Assembly: GCA_038496445.1 (NCBI GenBank)
Contig: JALMLS010000585.1
Location: 372,001 to 436,000, forward strand
Origin: Trichosphaerium sp. ATCC 40318
Taxonomy: Eukaryota > Protista > Tubulinea
Direction of reading: 5' to 3'
DNA: 64,000 bases
The position numbers were made by a program, and so were the translations under genes. Within the stretch, counting starts at the first letter, position 1. Every line of letters starts with the position of its first letter. Below the pieces are notes generated by a model. The model did no database searches. It worked only from the letters and a program-made list of their open reading frames with translations, and had not been told where the DNA came from. Of the stretch, positions 50,103-62,630 are shown one piece after another.

Positions 50103-53100
50103 TTAAACAAGAGAAGTTCTAGAAGTAGCGTTTAATGCTGCACGAACTATAGGCATCACGTGTTTTGGTTTAGGTCGATCACTAAGAAAATGAAGTCAGC
50201 AACAGGGTTTCTGAGGCAGAAAAAAAAAAAAGACGTACGTTGCACCAAAGCTGTTTTGGACTGAAGGTGCGTTTGCCCATCCATATAAAGGTACTCCATT
50301 TTTATCGATAACATATACACCAGGTTGAACAACGTATTTTTCTCCAATAGGGTTCTGTCCAGTAAGATTTTTCTGTAGAGAGAAACCTCTACTTATTTCA
50401 TGACTATCATCACCAATCAAAGGAAAATTCAAGTTCCATTTCTCTTGTGTCTTTATCATCTTATTTGTAGATTGAGAGCTAATACCAACAATAGATCCTC
50501 CTTTAAATGCAACCTAATAACACAATCAATAAAAATCACGTGCACAAAATGGAGCAGAAAAAACAAAAAATAATCATACCTCAGCCATATATTTTCTCCA
50601 TGATCTTAGGTATCGTCTGCAAAATACACACCACGACCCTCTGAAGAAAATAAGTATAGTAAAACTCTTTGTTTCCATCTCTTCATCTAGCCATTTTTTT
50701 GCATTTGACAAGTCAAGAGTGCGTGTATAAGTATCAGCATCAAAGCTAGTTCTCGAAGTTCTAAAAAACAACAATAAGAAAAACAAAAATCACCAATTTT
50801 TGTGACGTACTCGAATCCTGAAATTCCTACTATACCATCCTCTATTACTACCTTTGAATGATCTATAGAATCAGAAGAAGACTCAGAAGATAGCATTGAG
50901 TTTGGTGCTACATCAAACTCTTGAAGTGCATGAAGGTTTATGCTACAAAACGAACTTAGAGTGCTCAACAGCTTGTCATGTTGTGGAGGAATATTAGCAG
51001 CAATAGCATCACTACATAGTACGTAAGTGTTAATACTCTATAGAGTGTTTGGCATTGTTTTAAAGCATACCTATTGTAAAGAACAAAGTTCCCTAGAGTC
51101 TGATTTGCTTGAACCAATTCTTTCTTTTTCAACTTTTTGGTTTTTTGCTCTACAGCTTGTGTGGATAAAACCTTTGCAACACCTGCCATTACACGTGATC
51201 TATGTTTTTGAACATAAATAGATACTTGCTCATTATCAAATTGTGCGCTATCTAGCTCCCCAGTAATTACACGCATAGCCATGCATATCGTTGAAATATG
51301 GCGACTTGTGTCCGTATTGAACGTTAACACTATCGAAAAATAAGCCAAAAACAAAAACGACAATGCCATCTTCAATACGTACTTGAAGAAGATCTACCCA
51401 TGTTGCCACCACCAACGCACATTAGACACACAATTGGCTGTTTCAGGTAAGTTAACAAGCCACGATGAACTAAGAATGATGTTGCTGCTTTTACGAACAG
51501 ACTTTTTGGAGCGCCTTGTTTACCAAATCTTGCCATTCCTCGTTGAACAATGGCTTGAAGGCCTTCAACTACAGAAGCAGGAAGAATATCAAGGATTGCC
51601 ATAAACTCGACAACAACTTCATCTAGCAAATCAACAAGCTCTCCTTTACCTTTTGAAATATGCTCTAAAGAAATGTTAAAAACAAGAATTTATTAAGAAA
51701 ATAATCCAAATAAACAAACAACGCACCAAGTGGCTTTTTAAAGCGATGAGCGACGCTCATTAATGACAACTTTATAGAAGCACTAAGTATAAGAGATGTT
51801 GTAGATGTTTCCGTAAGTATTAAAGTCCACACATCAACAGGCGGTGAACTAAGAGGGTATTACAAAAAAAGCTGAATATTTATACAAAAAACGTACTTGT
51901 ACACGTTCGTCAATACGTTGTTCATTTGACTTGCTCGTTTTGGTGCCTTCACTTTGTACTCAAACTTTAGTAGATACTTGTACATACGACGAATTGATTT
52001 ATCTCCACGAGAAGCAACAACTTTAACAAAACTGTCGATCATACTTTGAGAAGCATCAGGTGTAAATGAAAGAGCAACGCCTTTAATAAAATGACGATCA
52101 GACATAAGTCCATGTAATGCGCTAGCGCCCATTAAATGAGATCCTCTCCATTTATTTTTGTTTGGTTGCCTAAACATGTGTAAGTATTATTTTAATTACA
52201 GTCTCAAGCTTACCAAATAAATAGTCTGGAGGAATAGTCACCATCACCTTCTGTTACGAAGTAGACATATCCTCCGTCATCAATGTGAGTCCTTCTCACT
52301 CTTGCTTTTGTATGTATCATATCAAGAGGTTTCTTTGGTTCCTATAAGATGATTAGAGAAACAGTCTGGCGAGTGAAAGAACTCTCGCTTCAAAACAAAA
52401 AAATTCTAAGCAAAAAAAGCGAACCTTGACAAGCAAGTTGTAAACAGCAAGTCCTTCCTGTGTACCAACGAAAACAAAATTATCCATTAATGCAACACTC
52501 GACACTCTTGTTGATAGCTGTTGAAAAATATTTTGAGATGAATCCCCAAGGTTAGATTGTATTCCAGAGGCGATTGAATATGCTTTTGTATCTCCAAGAC
52601 CAAATACATGGATATTGCCATGTAAATCTCCAGCAATAACAACGCTCTTTAGTAAATGGACACTGGTGAGTGCTACTGGCGTTGGTTTACTGAAAATCAG
52701 TTTGGCAGTCTACAATAAAAGTAAACAAAACAATTCTCTGAATCATCAGTGTCGTTGACTCACGGTTTTGTCCCAACAATAAATTTCATCTCGAGTAACA
52801 CCAACGACAAGATTATTATTTTGTTTTAATGATATCCATCCTTTTGATGCATTTTCTGTTTCACAACTAGATAATGTTAACTGGAGCAATAATCCAAAAA
52901 AAGGGAAAAAAAAACAATACGATTTTCGTTTTGCGCTGGTTGAACAAGCTTACCTGAATAGCAAGTTATATGTCTTCACACAATAAGCTTCAATAATATT
53001 CATAGCAGATGAATAAGTTACAAGTGCATTTCCATTAACAACAGACGACAAATGACTGATAATTTTACCATGCTTGAAAATAGGTTCATTTTGTTCATCC

Positions 53101-53995
53101 TTTGAAACTTCGTTTCCTTTAAAATCAAGATGGAACACACTCCTAGAACCAAACACACATACACCCTATAAACAAATACACATGTTAGTTTCAAAAAAAA
53201 CCTTCACAGAATGAACTTACAGTCGGTTGAATGAAAACACCTTGAAGATAATCGTTTTCTCCAAAAATGGCATCGTAGCGGAATGTCTCATCTTCTTGAA
53301 CATCATGGATTTGTACGTTATGTATCAACGCATCGTCAGATCCATATGTATGGACAGATACAATATGAGTACCCTCAGCACGTATGATACGAACTTCGTG
53401 CTTGTTTTTAATATGACGTTGTTTCTTAAGCTGTGGGTGTGCTACTATTATATCCCTAAAGGTAAAAAGCGGACAATAAGAATCTAAGGATAGAAAACAG
53501 TTTTGGAGGTCAAGCCTCATTTAAACCTACCCAGTGTTCATATACGATGCAGCCATCCAACCTCGTGCACCAAATACTACTGTTTGGCGTTTGTTCGGTT
53601 TAGAATTGAGAAACGATGGAAGGACATCATTAAGGCCAAAGCTGATAGAGTGTCGTTAGAGAAAGTGTATTGTAGCGTACAAGATTAAACAACGAACCTG
53701 AGAACGTTTTTGTGAGCACGATAGCTTTTTTTCTTTTTCGTTTGTCGCTTCGAGAGCTAATACGTATAGCGTTAGTTGATGAAAATGCGTTGTAGTTGCA
53801 AAAACTACGAGTTTTAAAAAACCGCCAATTATACGTTCGTTTGCATTAAAATTCAAATTAGGAGCGGCCCCGAAACCTCAGAGGCTGTTTTTCACTTTTT
53901 GCGTTAGAAATATTCCAATTTTGTCTGTACAATTATTTACGCACTGAATCTGTCCTAGACACCCTTGTACTTGTTTCGGGACCACCTCTTGGCAT
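50103..53995 (-). CDS. Putative fusion: beta-propeller (WD40-like) + degenerate RasGAP-like domain + AhpC/TSA (peroxiredoxin-like) CxxC domain; start uncertain
   Basis: Consensus GT-AG introns link the propeller exons (IAGDLHGNIHVF, VFVGTQEGLAVY), the RasGAP-like helical exons and FFRGSWCVFCRRYL...QPGVYVID in one frame, with no intervening stop, poly(A) signal or intergenic gap. Confidence 0.65.
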
Positions 53996-54740
53996 TTTTT
54001 CTTAAAGGTGCTTGCAATATAAACAATAAACGTTGTGTAGGCGTTTTATAGCGTGATTTGTTACTTTTTGACAATAACTAATTTATAGGAGGCGTTGCCA
54101 ATTAGAAATTGCAGAATTTACACAAAGTGGACCAAATTGCGGAGGTGAAGTTTTTTTCCATCAATTCTATGTAGCATGCAAAGTATGAGCGTCTTAACAT
54201 GAGACAGTAGGCACCTTTGAAAAGAAATACTTCCGAGGAATGTTGGCTTATTTTTCAGAAAAACGGTTTTCAGTGCCAAGTCTTAGTAACATCGTCTTTT
54301 ATACACCATTATATTGTAGTACATTGAAGTTGCGGTTAAAATAATTTGCACGAGTCTAAAAAGTGTTCTACAATCACTACTCATATAATTTATGGCGCAT
54401 TGATCATAAATACAACTGAATTACGATAAACCCAAATGACACCATTTCGGACAAACGATTGTCCACCCTTCCTCATTAACTGAACGCAATTACTTCAACT
54501 TCATGCAACGTTATGTCAACTTATTGTTGTCACCTAAAAATATAGAACCATACTTTACCGTTAAGGATAAGTTTAAGAACTCTCAATCTTGTTTCAAGCT
54601 CACAACAAACGAAGAAAATTACAACTCTTTTTTTTTTTTTTTTTTTTTTTTAATGTCAGGTATGTACAATACAAGGCTTGTTTTACATTTAATTTTTTTT
54701 CTTTCTTTTTTAAACTGGTGTATCATGGTATATAGGCAAA

Positions 54741-55793
54741 TCACAACAAAGTTGTAGGAAGGAAACCATCGGAATCTTTAAATCAAAAGAAATGAGTTCA
54801 ATTTTTTTCTTTCATTTGCAGTTCATTGCTACAATCAAATACCTCTCTGTATATTATTATTCGCATTTCCCATGGCATAAGGCTCCGCCTCTATTGTATG
54901 TACACTCATATTATCGCTATCAAAGGGATCTATTTGCATTGTACCGCTAAAACAAATCAACAAAGCAAAGCAAAGCAAAAAAAAATAAATTGAACGTGTC
55001 AACTGCAAATAAATTGATGACGACTGTCACTATTAAAATACCACAACCAAATACCTCACTTTTCATAAAAGCACAGAGAATAAAAGATGATTTGAAGCTC
55101 ACAAAAAATAAAAAGGGAAAAACGTCATCATTTTCTTGAGTGGTTAACTGAATTTTAACGTTAACGTTCGTGAGCTACAGTGAAAACAAGACTGAAAAAT
55201 ATTACCTGTCAGCTGATGCTGCTAAGCCATCTGATGCTACTGTAGCTGCTGACGAACGTGCGCCAAGTCGCAGTCTGTCAACTCTTCCATCAGTGCGCGG
55301 ATAGTCGCACATTACATTACTATCTCTTAAATCGCTCTCGCGCAGGCTTTGAGTTCGGTATAATTCTACCAAGTACGTTAGTTACGAAACAACGTAAAAA
55401 TGAGTTAAAACGCCTTTAATCGCGTAGAATTAAGCACCAAGCGGTACCTTGTTTTAATCCGTCACATTCAGTCTCAAGTCGATTACGTTCGCCTTCTAAG
55501 TCTTGTAGGGTATGTTCAAGCTGTTCAATTCTTAATTGATCGGTATGGGGGTCTCGTAGGACCTTTCCTGAAGCGATTATGCGTTGTAAAGTCTGTAACG
55601 CTAAAATTCCATTTTGGCTTTTTTCAACTGAGATAGCGTCTGCCAAGGTTCGTAGCCATGTGTCACGAAATACACCATCAACGTAGCATTGACGCAAGAA
55701 TGGCTCAAATTGAGATGTATCTACTGACGTAGCTTGGTAATACTGCCCTGGTAGGTTATTTGGCGTTGGCTGCTTCGCCTGTTGCTGACCCAT
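54741..55793 (-). CDS. Hypothetical coiled-coil protein, possible N-myristoylation (MGQQQAK)
   Basis: 125-codon first exon with a coiled coil. Further exons run to ...FLPTTLL*. Confidence 0.55.
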
Positions 55794-56796
55794 ATTTTTG
55801 TTTCTATACCCTTAAATAATTATTAACTTGCGCGTGGGTTGCGTTGCCAGGTAGTTTTAATCAAATTTTCTACATATATTTTACCAAACCAGAACTTTTC
55901 GTGCGTTAAAATGTAGTCTAGAAAAAAAAAGCAGTAAACACGCTTATAATATCGTTCATTGGTTCGGTTTTGTACCAGGTAAATTGGTAATTGTGATAAG
56001 AGCACGACGTTCAAAAAAAGAGTCTAATTTTACTCAACCAGACGAGGAATGTGTCATGCCTGATCAAAAGAAGGCTGTGAAACCTTTGAGTCACGATTTG
56101 CTTTGTTCTTCGGCAGCCTGCGCTTGCTGTCCCCAATCTCTCCCAATGACCCGAAGGAATGCATGCCTGAAGCAATCATTTCAATCTTGCTTCTATGTAA
56201 GCCTCTACACTGTCAACTCATTCAAGGGCTTTCACATGAATCAACAAGTTCACAGAAAAAGAAAAGTACATATCGACCTTGCAAATCCTCATAGTAATTA
56301 CGTTGACATTGCTTGTAGGCTAAACTTCATGACTACAAGTGCAAGTGTGTCTTGACTTTGAAATATTATGTGAATAAGGCGCGTGCCTTGTTGCATGTTA
56401 CCCGATTCACTCGTCTCGTCAGAAGTTTATTACTTCTTTTGCCCAGATCTTGAGCGCCTTGGTACATTAAATCGCTTTAGTGAGCTTTGTCATTCATGTT
56501 TGTAAAAGACACGTTTTGGGTTTGAGGATGGTGAGTGTTGGATAATTACGCAGCTCTGAAATTTTATTTCAGTAAGGTCCATTCTCCGAATATTTGTCGC
56601 AAGCTGTCGAAATGCACAAAAGACTTACACTACTTATTCTTTAGAAAACAACAAAGCAGCTTTATTTCCTACTCATTATTAATAACACGGTGATACTAGC
56701 AAGTAGAAGATGTTTCACGTGACATATTTTTGCTGAAAATAGAAAATTATTAATTTTTCATCTTCTCATAAAAGATAGCTTCACACCGAGGATACA

Positions 56797-57508
56797 ATGC
56801 GTCTTACACTTGTTTTCATCTTCTGTCTCTTTTATACTACACTTTTTGCTTGCGTTTGCCTTCGCAGAAGCGACGAGCAAAGGTTCTGCGATGCTGATGC
56901 TGTACTCAGAGTAAAGATTATTGTTAATTGGCGAACAACTGAAGACAGAAGAGTATTTCTAGCCGAAGTAAAGAGAGTTTATAAATACCCAACAGAGGAA
57001 CATGACCCATGGGTTAACATTGTCACAGGGTATCCGACTATTATCGTATTTCAAAAGCAGCTGTGTTCTTTCTAACAAACAATCACAGGAGAAGTTGGCT
57101 TACAGACTGCGGCTTTTACTTCGAAGAGCAAAAAGTTCGAATGAACAAAACCAAAATAGTTTTCTTACATGTCTTTAGGAGTATCTAATAGCTGGACGTT
57201 CTGATGCCTCTGAACAAGTTGCTTTCTATGTGAACAGATGCGATATGGACAATTTTTGTTCACCTCCTGCACCCAATGTTATTCGCCTCTGTGATAGGCC
57301 AGCTGGACCACCGCCATGTGTTGATTCTTGTCCAAACCAACTAATGTGCTCGTTTCCAACTTGCACATCTTGTTTGTTTATTCCAGGATCTTGTAATACA
57401 TGTGCTTCATCTAAATGCTGCACGAATGTCTTTTGTCCAGAAGTTGATACTTGTACCGAAGGCTGTGTTCCATCTAATTGTTGCGGAACGCAATGTGTAC
57501 CTGCTTGA
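56797..57508 (+). CDS. Secreted TIMP/NTR-domain protein with Cys-rich tail
   Basis: Signal peptide, then CVC...EQRFCDADAVLRVKI...DCGFYF...EYLIAG...VNRCD. Three exons. Confidence 0.75.
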
Positions 57509-57730
57509 AATAAATATGACCACGTCATTCCCTTATTCTCTGTAGTAACCAGTTTTTTACAATTTCACCAGCCTAGCGCTATTTTTCCGCCACAAGTCAA
57601 ACATAGTCGAATTGCGTTAAAAGCGAAAACAAAGCAGCAATTACTTTGTAGCTCTAACAAAAAGTATTCTACGCACATCACACTCATTTTTTATATTTCA
57701 GTGGTATTCTACAAACACGTGTACACAAAA

Positions 57731-58843
57731 ATGAACTCAAACAGCGCATTCTTTGATGAGATCCCTGTGGAAATCATTCTTCACATTCTACAGTATGTTT
57801 CTGTTTTATCTATGCCCGCAGTAGTGTATACATCCAAGATATTACGCAATGTCGCCGTACAGCTTTTGAAGTACGTCGACAGGAGAACTATAACAATAAG
57901 AACAAGGAAAGAACTAAAAAAACTATTCAAGAAAGCTCCACATCTAATATCGATACATACTATTAACCTTTGCTTTGTCATCACACAGAAAGACTTAAAG
58001 TATCTACAATGGGCTTACGCACTAATTCTGAAGGGAATAAAGCGAGTTGATTTTACAGGTTTTTTTGTAATTAATGGTATTGACTTTAGTAACTGTCACA
58101 AGACAACAACCGTGACTGATGATCATCTTAAACAACTTGCTGGCATTCACAATATTAATTTAACAAGCTGTCATCTTGTTACAGATGATGGTGTTAAGTC
58201 ATTGGCTGGTATTCATACAATTGCTTTACTCTATTGTGATACTATAACTGACAAAGGTGTGAAGGCTTTAGCAGGAGTTCATACTATTAGTTTATACTAT
58301 TGTGATAGAGTAACAAATTATGGTGTTAAAGCACTTGCTGGCGTTCATAAGATTGACTTAACCGGGTGTAACAAAATTGATGATGAGGGAATTAAGGCAT
58401 TGGCTGGTGTACATACCATTAATATTAATCACTTTTGTAAAGTTACAGATGATGCTATTAAAGCACTAGCAGGTGTTCATACTATTGACATAAGTAATTG
58501 TTATGCAATAACAGATGATGGTATTAAAGCATTAGCTGGAGTTTATAAAATTAACTTAAGCTTTTGTAATGTTACAGACGATGGTATTAAAGCACTTGCT
58601 GGAGTTCATACAATTGATTTAAGCTTTTGTGAAGGTGTAACAGATGATGGCGTTAAAGCACTTGCTGGAGTTCATGCGATTAACTTAGCTAATTGTAAAG
58701 GTGTAACAAGTGAAGGAATATTAGCTTTGGTTGGTGTGTTACACATCATCACATCTGTTACAAAAAACGGCCTTGAAGCTTTAGGTGATGTGTATATCGA
58801 CAACTGCCATTATGATCCTACCTTTTTGATATCTCACTACTGA
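57731..58843 (+). CDS. Intronless F-box + LRR protein (about 9 LAGVHTIxLxxCxxVTDDGVKA repeats)
   Basis: EIPVEIILHILQYV F-box followed by tandem 21-22-aa repeats. Confidence 0.9.
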   Translation: MNSNSAFFDEIPVEIILHILQYVSVLSMPAVVYTSKILRNVAVQLLKYVDRRTITIRTRKELKKLFKKAPHLISIHTINLCFVITQKDLKYLQWAYALILKGIKRVDFTGFFVINGIDFSNCHKTTTVTDDHLKQLAGIHNINLTSCHLVTDDGVKSLAGIHTIALLYCDTITDKGVKALAGVHTISLYYCDRVTNYGVKALAGVHKIDLTGCNKIDDEGIKALAGVHTININHFCKVTDDAIKALAGVHTIDISNCYAITDDGIKALAGVYKINLSFCNVTDDGIKALAGVHTIDLSFCEGVTDDGVKALAGVHAINLANCKGVTSEGILALVGVLHIITSVTKNGLEALGDVYIDNCHYDPTFLISHY

Positions 58844-59199
58844 AAAAAAAACAATGTGTTTCATTGTGTTGACCTGTTTTATCAATAAAAAGACTAATAA
58901 TAATTCCATTTCTTTGTGTTATTACTCATTACCCAAGCAATCCTTTGTTTACCATGACTATACAAGGAAACGCTAGAAAGATATTTGTGTATCGTTCATT
59001 GGCTCCTACCAATAACAACAATCTGATTGAACGAGAACATATCTCTAGGCTTGACCAAACAGCCAGCGCAGATAAGAGTTAAGCAAGGCAATCCAGAGAT
59101 TTTTTTTCAGAGAAATAGTTGGTCAATCTATTTATTTTTTGGTAGGACGACTTTTTAAGTAATTGTCTTGTACTAAAAACAGCAACACAAACAACACAA

Positions 59200-59907
59200 A
59201 TGTCACTTGTAAGCTTACCAACTGAGCTATTAGTAGACATACTTAGCCGTGTCAAAAAAAGGGGTCCTGTAACACAATCGTGTGTAGCCTTGGCAAATAT
59301 CGTCCAGCAACTCTCGTAGGATTTACATCACTTTAATTAACCATATCGTGTACATTCAAACGAGGATATGCCGTTACATCTGGCCTAATTTTATAGGCAT
59401 TTTGCGGAAGTACGCGCATAGAAGTCGGTTATAAGGTTACAGACGTTAAGGTATTAAGCATTTGGTCAGGTAACGATCTCAGCATATTATTCTAGTCTGC
59501 ACGGAAAGTTTTATAGACGTTTTGGCGTCAGTAGCTCGTTGCAGGAGTAAAACAAATCAAACTTAAATTGGTGCGAAAAGGTTTTCACATTGATGATAGG
59601 ATTAAAGAGTTATAAGCAGGTGTACAATCTGATTTTTAGTTTTGTGTATGCAAACAGACAATTTACAGACGAAGGCATCAAAGCTTTAGTAGGAGTTAGT
59701 ACCATTTGTTTATCGTGTACATCCGCTGGAGATGACAGTGTCGTGCCTCTAATCGAAGCAGGAGCGAGAGATATTGATTTGAGCTGGACGAAGATTACTG
59801 ATCTTACAATAAATGCGCTTATGGCTAGCAAAGTGCATAGCGCTAAAATATCTGGTTGTCAAGGTGTATCTGAAAACGGCATAAAAACTTTTAACTTGTA
59901 CTCGTGA
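59200..59907 (+). pseudogene. Degenerate F-box + LRR paralogue
   Basis: MSLVSLPTELLVDIL F-box, stops and frameshifts in the middle, then FTDEGIKALVGV repeats. Confidence 0.65.
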
Positions 59908-60269
59908 TTAGTCCGTATTTGTGCCGGGATTATCGATCAATAAGAAAAGCGATCATTTCTTATTTTTTACTTATAACTTAAACTTTTTCCATGCACCTTA
60001 TATTCTGTATAGCACGTGCTAGCATGTTAATAAAATATTTAAGATTGCAAATTACACATTTTAAGGTTCATCACTATGATCACTAACATATGTAACACAT
60101 AAAGATCTTGTGGGACTATTTAGAAATGTGACAGTAAGTTTGGCTTTATTCTTATTACATCAATATCATTAGTCTGATGAAGGACACTAGATGAAGTCTC
60201 GGGGTTGAGAGTTTTATACTTCCTTTGTACCAGGGAGTATTTTGTGAACCTTACATGAAGCTCTAGTAG

Positions 60270-60425
60270 CTATCGTCAACATACGCACCAACAAGCTCTT
60301 TAATACCTTCATCTGTTACTTGCATAACCCACCACTTAAATGTATTGCATGAACACCATCAAGGTATTTAATACCATCATTCGTTATCTTCGCATGGCCC
60401 AAACAAATCTAATGAACGCTTTTCA
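60270..60425 (-). pseudogene. LRR relic
   Basis: KITNDGIKYLDGVHAIHLS and VTDEGIKELVG, with a stop and a frameshift. Confidence 0.6.
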
Positions 60426-60460
60426 GTGGCTGTTGCTATTGACCTTGATACGGTTCAATA

Positions 60461-60522
60461 ATATTGAGTTATTTCAAGGAAAGCCAAAGAGATAAGGCGT
60501 ACCCACACTTAACTTTAAACTG
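60461..60522 (+). repeat. Second copy of the about 62-bp repeat at 10400-10461
   Basis: Direct nucleotide match to the reverse complement of 10400-10461. Confidence 0.7.
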
Positions 60523-60547
60523 ACATTTTTTAGTTTTGTGTACAAGA

Positions 60548-62093
60548 ATGGAAGTACGCGATGAACAGCTTATTAATATACTTGATGGTTGTATGAAAGC
60601 AGGTACATGGCATTGCCGGATGTTTTAGATGATAATCTTGTAATAAGAACCCTACATACGTGAACAGGCAATGAGAGAGCTGAAAGAGTTCCAAAACAAA
60701 GAATTGGTACGATTAAAACCGCTAAAAGTTGAAAGTAACCTATAAACTGTCTGTGACGCCGTTTTGTTGCTTCAACAAGTCGCACATATCTTTCATTTGT
60801 ACTAAAGTGTTTGTGACCATAACATGACTCAAGTTCTCTTATTGTGGTTGGATCCTTGTCTTTGTAGAAATCACGTGTTTTGCTGCAGTGTTTCAAGACG
60901 AAGCAATTTTTTATCGACAAAACAAAGATGCTTTTTGAACTCGTTCATTCGATTGCTTTGCTTACTTCTTTGTCCAAGGGAATGGGTTTAACAGCGCTTC
61001 TACGCTTAGCAATGAACAACAGTTTACCCCAACAAATTTGTGTGATGTCCTCTATCGCTTTCAAGACTACTATTATGCAAGCTGCGGTACACTTTAAAAA
61101 TTACAACACATGTTGGTCGGATTAAGGAAAGTTAAATAGATCAAATGGCACATGCTTGATCAGGAGGTCAGGGAAGATATTAAAAAAAAGTAAACGTTTG
61201 CTTCTTTTCCTTTTATCAACATGCAATGCTGACACTCCAATTAAAAGACTGTTGATCTATACTTATGGAATTACGATAAAAATTATATGAGATCAAAATC
61301 TATGCCATTACTAGCTGTTGCAAGTGTTGAATTAGCAAATGGAAAATGGCCAGAGTTCTTTGGTATAGTTATCCCAGAGTGTTTTAAGACATGCATGAAC
61401 AAGGACACTCGAGGACAACAACAAGCTATCGATTTAATACAATGTGGTGTTGAGGTACATTCTTCATACAGCAGAATATTAGACGCTAGTTAACCATTTA
61501 TGGTGGTGTTAAAATTTTGTCTTTAGGCATCCCAAACGCTGGCAATTAAGCATGCAAGCAGTATTATCTGTGTCATAAAATATGTACTATCGAATAGTGA
61601 TCACGATATAGTTAGCCTTACTGCTCTAGAAACATTACTGTCCATAGACTGTTTCAGGCAAGTGCTTTTTTGGAGCAAAACAGTTTCTGTCGTTTTTACA
61701 TTGAGACGTTCACACTAGCATTGTGAAAACTCATATACCTTTGAAAAGATAATTACAACATGTGAACCCTGAACATGTTTTTAAAGTTACAAATCCGCTT
61801 CTTCTTGGGGACATTCCTGACGTTTTTTTGACAAATACTTCATCCCATTGTTGGTTAGATAGCTAATCTCACTGGTTTTTTACAGATCATATTTGAAAGA
61901 GCAACCAAAGCAAAGGCGTTACATATCAAATAGTATTGTTATCTTGCTAGAAGAAAAAAAAAGACAGAAAGAACTTGAGTGTGCTGAAACAAATGGTTAT
62001 GTTTTGGATAGTGATTCTTTTGGTGTTCAGCATTACATTAACGTTGCACAGAAAGTATACAATTGTCTACAAAGTATGAATGTAGGATGGTGA
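60548..62093 (+). CDS. Short importin-beta N-terminal/HEAT-like protein (paralogue B)
   Basis: EPYIREQAMRELKEF...KWHMLDQEVREDIKK...VELANGKWPEFF. Same exon layout as paralogue A. Confidence 0.6.
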
Positions 62094-62630
62094 TTGCAAT
62101 GGCTTTTTAATAAGCCAGACAAGAATGATAGATGGCTATAGGGTTCACACAAATAAAGTAATAAAACTAAAGTGTACATGTACTACAAGCCATCGTTCAC
62201 TTCAAAAATTTGACAATGCTGCTGAACTTCTATTGTTTCAACCTGAAGGATACCTTCCAGAGTTGCACTTCACAAACCATCCTGAAATATCAGGCTCAGC
62301 GCTAATAAAATAGCGTTATTTCAGGCCAAATCTGCGCAGAAATACTTGGCATATTGTCTGTATCATTCAAGTTTGCAACAGGTTTGGCAGAAGTATCAAA
62401 GTGTAAGATCTTGCAAGAACTAACAATATCTTTCAGAAGTTGCGCAAACTTGAATGATACGGACAATAGCCATTACACGAAAAGGGTTATAACACCACAA
62501 TTGAAGTGGAAGTAAGGACATAAGGAGCTTAACTACTTTGGACTATAAACTGTATTTATTTCTGTAGTTGTCAACTACAAGCGATCACACTAGTTTTCAC
62601 TTGTTTTTAACATTGGGCTGATATTACCGT

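Noticed and set aside
50179-50181. TGA right after an acceptor in the peroxiredoxin-like domain, as a possible second Sec
   Set aside because: The intron is phase 2 (AC|T GAT CGA = T-D-R), so the TGA is out of frame.
55984-56355. Overlapping 123-aa and 63-aa ORFs
   Set aside because: Non-ATG starts, no motifs and no supporting exon chain.
58120-58740. Regular 63-66 bp periodic repeats that might suggest a CRISPR-like array
   Set aside because: They are in-frame LRR units with wobble-position variation. The locus is eukaryotic and has no cas genes.
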